DNA from: Vicugna vicugna | Lineage: Eukaryota | Assembly (NCBI GenBank): GCA_013265495.1 | Contig: MU058423.1 | Coordinates: 3,177,061-3,241,060 of the forward strand | DNA: 64,000 nt | Direction of reading: 5' to 3' | In this document: positions 13,424 to 25,129 of the stretch, piece after piece | Numbering within the stretch: the first letter of the stretch is position 1 | Layout: the number at the start of each line of letters is the position of its first letter | Program-made: the position numbers and the translations under genes | The notes under the pieces: generated by a model | Databases searched by the model: none | Seen by the model: the letters and a program-made list of their open reading frames with translations, nothing else | What the model was told of the DNA's origin: nothing

Positions 13424-14365
13424 GGTCTATGATCCATTCTGAGTTGACTTTTGTGAAAAGTGTAAGGTCTGTGTCTAGATTTATTTTCTTGCATGTCGAT
13501 GTCCAGTTTTTCCAGCACCATTTGTTGAAAAGATTATCTTTGCTCCATTGTATTGCCTGTAATCCTTTGTCATACATCAGTTGACTGTTTTTATGTGGGT
13601 CTATTTCTGGGCGCTAGTCTACTCTGTTGATCTATTTGTCTAGGCATCCACCAGGACCACACTGCTTTGATTACTGTAGCTTTACAGTAAGTCTTGAAGG
13701 TAGGTAGTGTCAGTCCTCCAACTTTGTTCTTATTTTTCAATATTGTGGCTATTCTGAGTCTTTTGTCTCTCCACACAAACTTTAGATTCAGTTTGTCAAT
13801 ATCCACAAAAGAACTTGCTGGGATTTTGACTGGGATTGCACTGAATCTATAGATCAAATTGGGAAGAACAGTTATCTTGACAATATTGAGTCTTCCTATC
13901 CATAAACATGGACTCTCTCTCCATATATTTAGTTTTTTGATTTCACTCATCAGAGTTTTGTAGTTTTCTTCATATATATATCTTGTGTATATTTTATTAG
14001 ATTTATACCTAAGTATTTACTTTTTTTGGATCTTAATGTAAATAGTACTGTTTTTAACTTCAAATTTCACTCGTTCATTAAAGGTATATAGGAAAGTGAT
14101 CAACTTTCATATATTAACCTTGTACCCTGCAACCTCACTATAACTGACTGTTAGTTCCAGGAGGTTTTTTTTTTTGTTGATTTCTTTGGATTTTCTACAC
14201 AGCTGATTATGTCATCTGTGGACAGTTCTGTTTCTTCCTTTCCAATGTGTATACCTTTTGTTTCCTTTTCCTGTCTTATTGCATTAGCTAGAACTTCAGT
14301 ACAATGTTGAATAGGAGTGGTGAGAAGGAACAATCTTTCTTTGTTCCTGACCTTAGTGGGAAAGC
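13424..14365 (-). mobile_element. L1 ORF2 (RT/C-terminal) fragment; upstream continuation of the 11362-12642 element
   Basis: WIGRLNIVKITVLPNLIYRFSAIPVKIP, LFNKWCWKNW and [12 protein letters not shown] in minus-strand ORFs. Confidence 0.88.
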
Positions 14366-14776
14366 AGTGATATAATTTTTAATGTTTTGGAATTTGGGGG
14401 GATTTTTCTTTATGATGTAATATGAGATAAATTTTTATAAATTTAATAGATTTGAGGAAAATTAATTATTTGGGGCAAAATATATATATATGCATGTATA
14501 CACATATACATGTATACATTTATGTATATATGTACATATACCTATGGATCAAGCTTTTGATTAAATTATTCAGGTTTTTCATGTTCTTCCTCTTTTTCAA
14601 TTGATATAAATCATTACTTTCATAGAATCATAGATCTTAGAACTGTAAGGGACCTCAAATCAGTCAGATACAGATAAGTAAAGTATTGTTATCCCATGTT
14701 ATAGTTGAGATACTGGAAGCACAAAAAGATTATGCCCAAGGATGCATAACTAATGAATAACAAAATGAAAATTAGA

Positions 14777-15038
14777 AATGTACAAGAAGACAAATTTAAT
14801 TAATACTGCTGTACAGTATATATGAAAGTTAAGAGAGTAAATCCTGAGTACTCATCACAATGAAAAAAATTTTTTTTCTATTTATTTAATATTATATCTA
14901 TATGAGATGATGGATGTTCTCTAAACTTACCACAGACATCATTTCATGATGTATGTAAGTCGAATCATTATGCTGAACACCTTAAACTTGTCCAGTGCTG
15001 TATGTCAATTATACGCAGTAAAACTGGAAGAAAAAAAA
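14777..15038 (+). mobile_element. Truncated L1 3' end inserted in a MIR
   Basis: L1 3'UTR-like text ending in an A-tail; TSD aaaatgaaaattaga/aaaatgagaattaga. Confidence 0.65.
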
Positions 15039-15236
15039 TGAGAATTAGAGCCCAGGCCTTTGGAGTGAAACTTTAAACTGAATGCTTGTCAGGGTGAGAG
15101 TCCATTATCCTTCGGGTCTCAGGACAGACCACATTAATAATGTAGATCAATGCCATCTATATTCAAGAACAGCTGTTACTAATTAGAATGTTGACTGCCT
15201 ACCCAAAAAGATGCCTGTTTGTCTATATTTACCTAG

Positions 15237-15393
15237 AAAAGTGGAAGGTGAAATCTTCAAGTTGGAGATGCTACTTGAAGATTTTAAAGAGAAAATTAAT
15301 AAAGGCAAACATACTTCAGCTATCTCTCTTCCCATGAGTGCTCCAATCAACCTGGACGACTTGTCACCCACATCCCCTCCGCCCTCAAATGAG
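15237..15393 (+). CDS. AKNAD1: AKNAD1 coding exon (KVEGEIFKLEMLLEDFKEK...PPSNE)
   Basis: cctag|A AAA GTG...AATGAG|gtaaga; 157 nt, phase 2 to 0. Confidence 0.93.
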
Positions 15394-17466
15394 GTAAGAC
15401 AGCAGCCTACAGCCTAATTTCATGCCAGGAAAAATGGTTCTTATGTATTTATAGAATCCTAATTCATGGAATCACTGAATTTTACCCTAATATTTAATGG
15501 AAATTTAACTTTCCAAAGGCCTGTGAGTCATATTACTTACAGTGGAACAAGCTTTGAAAAATTAGAAGCTATTACGAGTATTGGTTTAGGATCTTATTGC
15601 TTTAGGATGTAACAACGCAGTTTAAACTGATGAACTGCTGAAGAGTTATTTCTTCTGGATGAATAGGAACATTTTTTAGCCCCTGCCTGCGTGGAAGAAA
15701 TCATTTTTCTTCTGAATAGTTCTACACTCCCTCTGCTGCGAAAGAATAACATGCTGAGCGAAAGAACTATTTCCCCTGAGCCCACTTCTGCCATTTTCCT
15801 TTCTCTCAAGTTAAATTCTTTTGGATTGTTTACGTATGCAAGACTAGGAATTCCAATCAAACACCACTGTCTTTCTATACTTTCTGTAACCTCAAGTATC
15901 AGAACATTTCACACTAAAATTCTGACACATGGAATCATCTGGATAATTGCTTTAAGCTGACTGTTCTCTTTCAGACAGTATTTGGAGACAATCTGTGGTG
16001 GTTATTCAAAACTTGAATAGGTTTTTGTCCACGTTAAGGACACAATGTTGAAGATTGTGTAAATGTTAGCCCTTCCAAAGAACTATGTTTGCCTCCTCAA
16101 AACCCTTTCCTGCCTGGCAAAATCTCATTCATTCAAGGCCCATCTTCAGAGTGAGGCCACTTATGTAAACTTGACACACAGCCCTTCACCCCAGGCAGAA
16201 TTCTTCAGCCCAGCCCCTGTGTCCTGGCACCTGTCTCATTTATCCTTGTGCTTTGGTATGCATCTTTGTGTCCCGAACATCTGACTGAATGTCCAGAATG
16301 GAGTGCATGCTCATTAGAGTGAACTCTGGGAACAAACAATCTCCAAGGTTCCCAGCATGTTCTCCCTCTAGCCCTGAACCAAAGTGAGCTGCAAGGTGGC
16401 TGAGGGAGCCTAGGGAGTTAGCCCAGCCCCTGCCCAGCACGTCCTCAGGTCTGACTTTGCTCTTCTTTGCTTGGTCCCAGGTTTACGGCAACTGTTGTGA
16501 AATGATGAGAACTCTGTAACTTGGGGAGAAACCACCCTGAAAGGGAATCTACTGCTAGTATTAGCCATTCATCCAGCACAAATTTATTGCTAAATGCTAG
16601 GCACTTTTCTCAGTATTTGAGATACAACATACACACGGCAGAGACATCACCTGCCCTCAAGATGCTTACGTTTCTGTGAGAGACACACACAATGAACAAA
16701 TAAAATTAACATGGAATTACAGAATGTTAAAAGTGCTACGTAGGTGCAAGTAATTACACATTCCTTATGGCTCTGAAGCCAGACTCCCTGGCTCTGTCAC
16801 TAATCAGCTTCGTGACCTTAAGAAAGTTATGTAACGTCTCTGTGCCTCAGTTTCCTCCTGTGTAAAGTGAGGATAATAATACCTGCCTAAGCTTCCAACT
16901 CCTCTTCAGCAAAAAGTCTTTGTAAACTGTAAAGGTCTGAACCAACAGAACCTTACTGTTGACTCATAATTTTGTCATTATCATTTTAGATTTAGGGGTT
17001 TTTAATTCCAGTATTTCCAATTCATTTATAATGAAATATCTCAAAGTGTGGTCCCCAGATCAGCAGCTTCACCCGGCAGCTTCTAAGAAACTTTTATGAT
17101 ATTGTTATGGCATTTGAATGAATTAATATAAGTAAGGTACTTAAAACAGGGCCCGGCTCAAAGTAAGCACATTACCTGGGTGTTCGGTGCCATGACTATT
17201 AGGTGAGGGGAATCTGACCAAAAGAAACTCACTGACGGAGGGTAGGGTCACTAGGGAGAGATTGTCAGGAAGGTCTGTCACAGGTGAAATCTGAAATGAG
17301 TACTGGGGGATAAGAAAAAGGCAGGGAGGTGAGGAGTCCGGGAAAAGGGATTCCAGGCAGAATGTGATGATGCCCCGGGGATGGGTGTGGGGATGCAGAA
17401 CTGACTTTGAGTCACCTTCCGTGGGGCTGCAGCCCTAACAGCAAGTCCCTCTATGTGGCTGCCCAG

Positions 17467-17550
17467 ATTTCCAAGGAGCGTCCCAGGGCCCATGTGGGCG
17501 AAAGGGGTCCGAGCACCCCCCGCAGGAGGTCCCCTCCTCCTCCAAGCTAG
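17467..17550 (+). pseudogene. Degenerate AKNAD1 exon remnant (ISKERP..., in-frame TAG at 17548-17550)
   Basis: cccag|ATT TCC AAG GAG CGT CCC resembles recalled human IPKEHP. The GGP-like codons lie in a shifted frame, and the entry frame stops after 27 codons. Confidence 0.55.
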
Positions 17551-17889
17551 GGGAGCTGGCCAAGTAGCCCCCGCAAAGAGGGCAGTGATGGGCCCCTACT
17601 GAGGGTCCGAGAAGGGAGAAGCGGACTTAGACCGCGGGCTGCACGGCCCAGAGTCCTCTGTGCAGAGACTCCCCGGAGAGGGAAGAGGGGAAAAGGGTGA
17701 GTGGTCACTTGATGTCACCACCACACTCTACCTCAGGCTACTACTTCCCAGTGTCCCAGGAGTGCCGAAATTAAATTCCCGCTGACTCTTCACCAGATTA
17801 CAGAAAAGCCAAATAATCCCCCAAAGTGGGGCTCCTAGATAGCTCCATAACTGACTAAAATTCAAACAGCTTTCCTTTTTTTAAACGAG

Positions 17890-17933
17890 ACTAACCTGAT
17901 CAAATGGCCACGAGTTTGCCTTCTGCTTCCAGG
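17890..17933 (+). pseudogene. Degenerate AKNAD1 exon remnant (*PDQMATSLPSASR)
   Basis: Resembles recalled human KPDQVAMRLSSNSG, but TAA (17892-17894) stands at the K position. Ends AGG|gtgata, phase 0. Confidence 0.5.
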
Positions 17934-18160
17934 GTGATATCCTGCAGTCAGGTCCTGGCTCCATTCAGTTCATCGCCTTGGCTCTTTCACCATAATCAGC
18001 GTTGCTGAATGTGACTCTGAAACTGGCATAATTAAGATCACTTGGCTCTTATACTCCTGGGCGCCCTGGGTGTCCATGCTGGTGGGAGCTGCCCGGATTG
18101 CTAACACTTCCCCCTCCTTCAGCACTCAGGAGAAACTCACCTGAGGCCCCTGTTCTAGAT

Positions 18161-18317
18161 CAGGGCTTCTCCAACTGCAGTGTGTTGAGGACTCATCTGT
18201 GGATCTTACTGAAACGCAGGCTTTGATTTAGTAGATCTGGGGCAAGCCTGCAATTCTGCATTTCTCACAAGCTCCCAGGTGAGGCCAATACTGCTGGTCT
18301 GGGCACCACACTTTGAG
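18161..18317. mobile_element. MER5A-like hAT-Charlie MITE
   Basis: cagggcttctccaact...ctgcatttctcacaagctcccaggtgaggccaatactgctggtctgggcaccacactttgag. Confidence 0.75.
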
Positions 18318-20736
18318 ATGATCTCAATATGAAAGAATTGGAAATACTAGGATTAAAACTCCCTGACTCTAAAGTCATAATGACAAAATTATAATAAGCA
18401 GTAGACAATATTAATTCTGTTGGTTTAGAGCTTTACAGTTTGCAGAGACTTTTTGCAGAAGAGTTGAAAGCTTAGAAAGGTGAGGAAATTTGCCCAGCAC
18501 AGATGAGAGAAAACACTAGATCCCAGGTCTCCCAACTCAGGTGGAGGGCACCCTCCTACATTCTGTAAATGTAAATCTGCCTTAACTGTGAAATGCTTAC
18601 CCCCGTAGGGCTAACAGTGATAAAATAAGACAAGGAGTGGGGGTGGGGTGCAGGGGAGGGGATTGGCGTAAAAAAAAAATCCATTATTTTTTAAGTTATA
18701 AAAGCGATACAGGCTTATTGCAAAAAAAAAAAAATCAGAAAATAGAGTACAGTATAAAGAGGATTATTTCACTGAGAGAAAAATCATTGCTAATATTTTA
18801 GTGTACATCTGTCCATGTACCCTCCAAAATGTTAGTCTTTTTTCTCTAATACATGTACACATTTTTGCAAAAATGGGATCATACATGAATTGTGATATGT
18901 TTTCTTCATTTAACATTATATTGTGGGCCTCTCAACAGCCAGAGAATAAACCTACAGCTTCATTTTTAAGGACTGCATTATATTTCATTATATGGGGTGT
19001 ACCCTGATTCATTTAACCAACCCCTTATTGATGGACATTTAGTTTTTTCCAGTTCTTTGATATTATAAATACTGCTTCAGTAAAATCACTTATATGCAAA
19101 CCTTTGGCCATAGTTATTTCCTTTGAATAAAAGCCTAGGAGTGTAGTTAACAGTTTAAAAGGTACATAGTGAAAATTCTGATAAACAGACCTTTAGCAAG
19201 GTGGTGCCCGGTTACACGCCCACAGCAGTGCGTGGGAATAGAGGTGCCTCCTACCCGAGCCAAACCCAAATGTTTTCTTTCTCTTTCCAACCTTTGCTAT
19301 GGTGATAAGTGAAAACTGATACTCATAGTCTTAATCTGTATTTCTTTTACTATTTGTGAAATTTATCCATTTTTGTATGTTTCTTGGCCATTTCCACCAC
19401 CTCTTTGACAACGTCAATATTTTAACTAATGTTTGCAAAACTGAAACCACAATTTTTTTTAAGAAAGGCAGACAATTTGGAAAATACTAACAGCAAACAA
19501 CGTTCAGTACTGAGATTTTTATCCACAAAGGTGCTCTGACAAGTGGAGCAGTGGAACTGTGGTTAAGAACACAAGCATATGGGTACAGGTTCAAATGCCA
19601 GCTCTGCCACTCACTCTGTGTGACCTTGCCCATCTGCTTAAATTCTCCAAGCCCCAGATCACTCCTCGTTAAAATGGGGACAATGTGCCAGGATGGCAGG
19701 AAGGGATAAAAGACATGATATGGGTGGTGCCTGGCAGAATAAGCAATCAACAAATGGTTGTTTTTACTAATAACACACTAAAACCCTCCAAAATGTTAAA
19801 GGACAAAAGATAAGAAGTAGAAGTCACAAGTAAGAAATACAACCAACAAATGAGCATATGTGAAAATGTTTATCTCCTTTAATAACACAGGAAATGCTAA
19901 TAACACAAGGTACCACCCCTTCTTTTTAAATTAACAACAACGTTTTCAAGGGATAATTCCTGATGCCGAGGAAGGTGTGGTCAAATTGAGCCGCCCACGG
20001 TCAAATGTTGTTGGCGGCTGTGTAATTTGTACAGCTTTGGCAGAAAGCAATTCAGCAACATGCATCATCACACAAACACGTTTGCAACCTTTGACCCACA
20101 CATTTCCTAAGGAAGTAATTCAAAATATGGAAAAAGCTATCTGTACAGTGATGCTCATGCCAGCACTGTTTTCATGGTGAGAAAAGTACATCTATTTTCT
20201 GTTTATATAAAGGGTAAAAACACAGTTAAGGTGGTATCAGCCCTTTCCGTTCAGTAGTGTGATTTGTATGTGTGTATTACACAGGGACGTGTAAACCATA
20301 CGTTAGGCCTCTAGATAGTCTCTAAACCTTGTTTTCGTTCCTAGTTCAATACACTGCATTGGAAAAGCTTTCAGAGCTCTGCTAGGCAGTGGTCAGATTG
20401 ACGGATTTAAAAATCATCTTCCTAAATCTGTTGTGGTGCTTGGGGTAATTTGAAGCTAAAGGAAAGAGAAAAAAAAGGGGGGGTAAACTATTCTGTCATC
20501 TGTAAACTAGATTTATAAATGTCTGGAGAAGGAGAAACGTCAAGGCAAGGGTGGAAGCGTTCCTTCTCTAAGCCCCAGGGCATCACCACACAGACGCCCG
20601 AGCGAGAAACCAGCGCGGAGGGGCCCTGACACGCGGGTTCCGCAGGGCCTGTGTGGCTAGCTGGGCTGTGCCTGAGCAGCCAAGGGATGAGTCACTTCCT
20701 CAGTCACATCGCATCTGTGTGTGCTCTGTGGTGCAG

Positions 20737-20822
20737 GAGGACCCCAACAACGCCCCGGGAAGGCAGGACCGTGCAGAGACAACCAGTGCGAGCTGTGCCT
20801 TCTGCCTCCAGGTCCTTGAATG
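20737..20822 (+). CDS. AKNAD1: AKNAD1 coding exon (EDPNNAPGRQDRAETTSASCAFCLQVLE-W)
   Basis: tgcag|GAGGAC...GAATG|gtgagg; 86 nt, phase 0 to 2; resembles human EDPNGTPRRQD...SCAFC. Confidence 0.88.
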
Positions 20823-22012
20823 GTGAGGGCTTCTTGCTGCTAAATTCCCAGTGTGGGTGGGAGCCGGTCCTGGGATAATAACGCTGGTGAGAGTGGGCAT
20901 CAACAGACTGAACAGGTACCAGCAGCCACTGGGTAAGTTACAGAATCACAGGCCTCAGGGCTGGACACACAGCCCAGATCCCCTCCCAACCAGTGAGTCT
21001 CAACTGGAGAGCATCAACCTTACCAGGGGGACTTTCAAATAATGCTCATGCCTCAAGCCCCGCCCGCTGCATCAGCCTCGCCACGGAGGAGCCCTGGTAG
21101 GAATACTTCTTTTTAATCTCCCTGGAGGATTCTGATGGCCCCTCATGGTTAAGAATCAGGGCTACAGCATATGGAAGGTGGTTTGGCCTGTAGGCTCCCT
21201 TCGACCATTGCCCAGATGGGAGATTAGTATACACCACTGTATACCACCATCACTACGCTCTCCTCATGATGAGTGAAAATCTTCCCTGTTGGTTCCCACC
21301 TCTGCCCCCCAGTCCCACCAGAAATAAGCCTAATCCCACATCTTAGGGTTTACTTCTCCCCCTTCCTAAGCAGGAAATCTTCCAGAGGTGACAAGCTGTA
21401 AATCAGGTAAAAAGCGGTAGGTTTAAGATCCTAAGGAGAATTCTTAATGGTTTTGAAACACTGTTGGCCCACGTGGAGTGAGAATCACTTATTTGAAGCT
21501 TCTGTCCATCAGCAAGGGGTTCCTCCTCCAAAGTGAGGCGGCACTGTGGACTGGGGCCAAAGCTTGGCTAATTTGCCTTAGAAAGGTCAAGCGTCAAGGA
21601 GGGAGGAGGTGTTTAGTCACCACCATTACATGTAACAATGGACTCTAATAGAGGCAGATGACAAGGGCCGACGGACTGAAGTTTCCTGTTAGAAAGCATT
21701 CCAGCACGGGAATGGGCACTTGTCTTGAGGGTTCTACTGAGTTTCTGCCCCGCAAAAAGGGAAACAGCACGGTGTTTATGGTAAAAATCACCATGTGTCA
21801 CCTGGTGTGGACCATTAACCTGGTGACAGTTTAAACCAACATGTCAGTTTTGACTCCCTTTTCAATACATGGGTCACTAAGGATGCCTAGTCCCCGAGTC
21901 ATCCCAGACCCGCTATTTTTATTTATTGAATTAAAATCTAGGTTTTGATTTTTTTTTTTTTAGGTTTTAGTAGGTGTAATGAAAATAGTTTGACATTTAA
22001 AAAACGTTTTGT

Positions 22013-22107
22013 GGGATGGGGAATATAGCTCAGAGGAAGAACACCTGCTTGGTGCACAAGAGGGTCTGGGTTCAATCCCCAGCACCTCTGTTAAGTGGGA
22101 AAAAAAA
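22013..22107 (+). mobile_element. tRNA-derived SINE (camelid Vic-1-like), diverged
   Basis: A-box tagctcagagg, B-box ggttcaatccc, A-tail, TSD-like aaaaaacgtttt/aaaaaagtttt. Confidence 0.75.
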
Positions 22108-23719
22108 GTTTTTTTTTTGATTAAGCATTCAAGGTATTTCTCTTCTAAATTCCCAGTCTAGACTCCACAGAACCATTTAAGTACCAAGACAGGGACCAAT
22201 GTTCCCGACTACATTTTCTCTTTTTATGATGGACAAGATGGAAGGAGAAACACAACCAAGTGTAAAATCAGATCCAACAGTGAATCTACTTGCTGAGGTG
22301 TGATGTGGAGAAAGACATGATTTATAAGTGGAAGCCTTGGTAAAGCGCGTCATCTCTGAGGAACTAACTGAACAGTGGGCTGTATATGCTCTTAACTCTT
22401 TTAGATTAGATCCCTCTCAGAGGGGACGTATTCTTTATGAAGCTTGCTAATGTATATACTGTTGGAAGGATACTTAAATACGTGCAGATAAATACCGTGT
22501 ATGCTACATGTAAAATGCTTAGCCCTGTGTTATATCAGACGCGGAATTTTGGATTTAAGAGTTCACTTCAGCTACTTTGTCTTGTTGAAAAACTCTTCTC
22601 AAGTAGAATCGCCTTTAGCTGCTTGGCAAGGTTTCAGTGCACAAAGAAGTTCAAAAGAGGCAGAAAAACAAAGTCATGTGTTGGACTCAACTCACTTGAG
22701 TGCGATCCAAGTTATCCCCTTTGGAGAGCAGATGTTCAAATGCCCCAGAGGAGGAGGGTGGAGACAGAAAATGAGGTGTGAGAACATATGTGACTCAGGA
22801 GGAGAGCATGTTTTTCCAAAAGGAGGGAAAGGGCCTGGCTTCTCAGCCCCCAACCTCGGTGCCTCTGTCCGCAGGCAGCATGCCTGGGCACAGCGGGAAG
22901 GGCACGCATTTGCAAGCAACACTGCAGGCTTATACCCCATCTCCGGGAATTAGAATCATTCCTGACTCACCAGTTACGTCCGAGGATGTCTTGGGCAGGC
23001 ACCCTTCACGCTAAGAATGAGCAACTTTTCCTAGAGGCTATTACTGTATCTCAGGGGCTGAGCCAGAGCTTTCTTAAGAATTGTTATTAATTAGAATTCC
23101 TTTGGAGAAGTTAGAATTTCTGTGAAGGAAGGAGGCTGAAGCTACAGGCAGGTCGGTGGAAGCATCCTGGTAAATGACAATTTCCGATGCCCCCTGGTGG
23201 CCGCGCACAGCTAAAATTAACCCCACATGCTCTCACAGCCTTGAGCCTCATAGACACCAAACAAAATCCACCTTGTTGGACCTTTTGGATTGCTCAGCTT
23301 GTACGATGGAGCCAAAGTCACGCGATCTGGTGCTGACATGCAGCACGGCTTCCTCCCCTGATAAGAACTGATTCTGAGACATGAATATGATGAAAACTCC
23401 AAATTTTATAATTCCATACTTCAAATTTCTATACTGTGTATGTGTATATTATGATTAGATATTATCCTCAGGGAAGCAGGACAGACTCACCTTTAACGTC
23501 TGGTATTCACGTTCTTACCGGGCCAAACTGTGCCGGGCGCACTTTCTCCTGGGGAAGCTCTTCAGGCAGGCAGAGGGATCACTGGGCTGAGATGATACAC
23601 ACTCCTACATCGGTCCAGGCTCTGACGTAAGATGTTTCACATTTCAGTTTTACCAGTACTCTCACTATCTCTATAAGCAGTGTTCTCAAAGTTTATGGGA
23701 CCTTCTGCACCTTTTTTAG

Positions 23720-23817
23720 GAAGCAAAAAGTGAAGAAAAAAGGCCATAGAGGAATCAACTGTGGAAGGTTTCCCACTGCCATTCAAGACAAGGCAGTGCA
23801 GCCAGACTCGGTTCTCG
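23720..23817 (+). CDS. AKNAD1: AKNAD1 coding exon (KQKVKKKGHRGINCGRFPTAIQDKAVQPDSVL)
   Basis: ttttag|G AAG...CTCG|gtaagt; 98 nt, phase 2 to 1. Confidence 0.9.
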
Positions 23818-23976
23818 GTAAGTTGAGGGGTCTGGGAGTATGGGTGTCCAGACTGCAAGGTCCCTCTCCTTGGGGTCTACTCACTGTAGCCCATGTGCCA
23901 CCCACCACCTAGACTAGGGTTTTGCATGTTGTATTTTTTTCCCAAAATGTAAAGAATTAATAATGAGTAGATTCAC

Positions 23977-24367
23977 TCAGCCATAAAAACCGACAACATA
24001 ATGCCATTTGCAGCAACATGGATGCTCCTAGAGAATGTCATTCTAAGTGAAGTAAGCCAGAAAGAGAAAGAAAAATACCATATGAGATCGCTCATATGTG
24101 GAATCTAAAAAACAAAAACAAACAAACAAACAAAAACAAAGCATAAATACAGGACAGAAATAGACTCATGGACAGAGAATACAGACTTGTGGTTACCGGG
24201 GGGTGGGGGTAGAGGGTGGGAAGGGATAGACTGGGATTTCAAAATTGTAGAATAGATAAACAAGATTACACTGTATAGCACAGGGAAATATACACAAAAT
24301 GTTATGATAAATCACAGAGAAAAAAATGTGACAATGAGTGTGTATATGTCCATGAATGACTGAAAAA
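23977..24367 (+). mobile_element. Young L1 fragment (ORF2 end and 3'UTR) lacking its 3' terminus
   Basis: gccatttgcagcaacatggatg...; near-identical over the shared part to the reverse complement of 40855-40978. Confidence 0.85.
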
Positions 24368-25129
24368 GAGATGTGGTCAAAGAGGGTGAAAGTGCCCACA
24401 TATGTTTCTGGCTGCAGCCGCAGGGCTCCACGACTCAGTCATTAGGCGGCCCCAGTTCTGCAGGGCATCCTTCCAGCATGATCCATAATCTGCACCTGGG
24501 GAGCTCACAGGCCACAGGAGAGGTGCTGCTGACTCGTCCATTCATATTTCATAGAAGCAAAGAAAGTCAGAGCAGGAAGGAGACCCAGAGAGCACCAGTG
24601 CATAGAATTCAATGAGTTTTAGTCATAGGAGCTGTTCTCCAAAGATAGTTTAAAGCAGAAAAATATCCCCTGGCAGGGCCGCCCTAAGTGAGGAAGAGGT
24701 GGGGCCAAGGCCTGCCTTCTTAGGCAGCTCCTGAGCAAGAAAATCACCACCTAAGCCTAATCTACCCAGTTTAGAGAGGTAACCAGGCTCACTTACGTTC
24801 ACACAGCCTGTTAGCCAAGAGCCTTTCTTTAAACTCAGCATTCTTCCTGTTATGTCACGTTATGTTCTATTTCTCCTCTGTAGACAAAACACTTTCTAAT
24901 AAAAATAATAGGTTTCATCTACTGAAGACTTACTGTATACCAGGCACTGTAACAGAGTAGAGATTTTCAAAGTGGGGCAGAGGGCCCCTGGGGGGTCCCT
25001 GAGACCCTTTGAGAGCAGCTATGAGGTCCTCTCTTTTTTGTGCAAGAACAATATTGCAGCAGATTGAATGCAGACATGGCTATGGAATCCAGCTGCCTTC
25101 TGTTAAGCCAGACATTCTAGATACTTGCC

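Noticed and set aside
14480..14545. Quasi-palindromic TA/CA-rich stretch
   Set aside because: Degenerate (TA)n/(TG)n microsatellite; self-complementarity is trivial.
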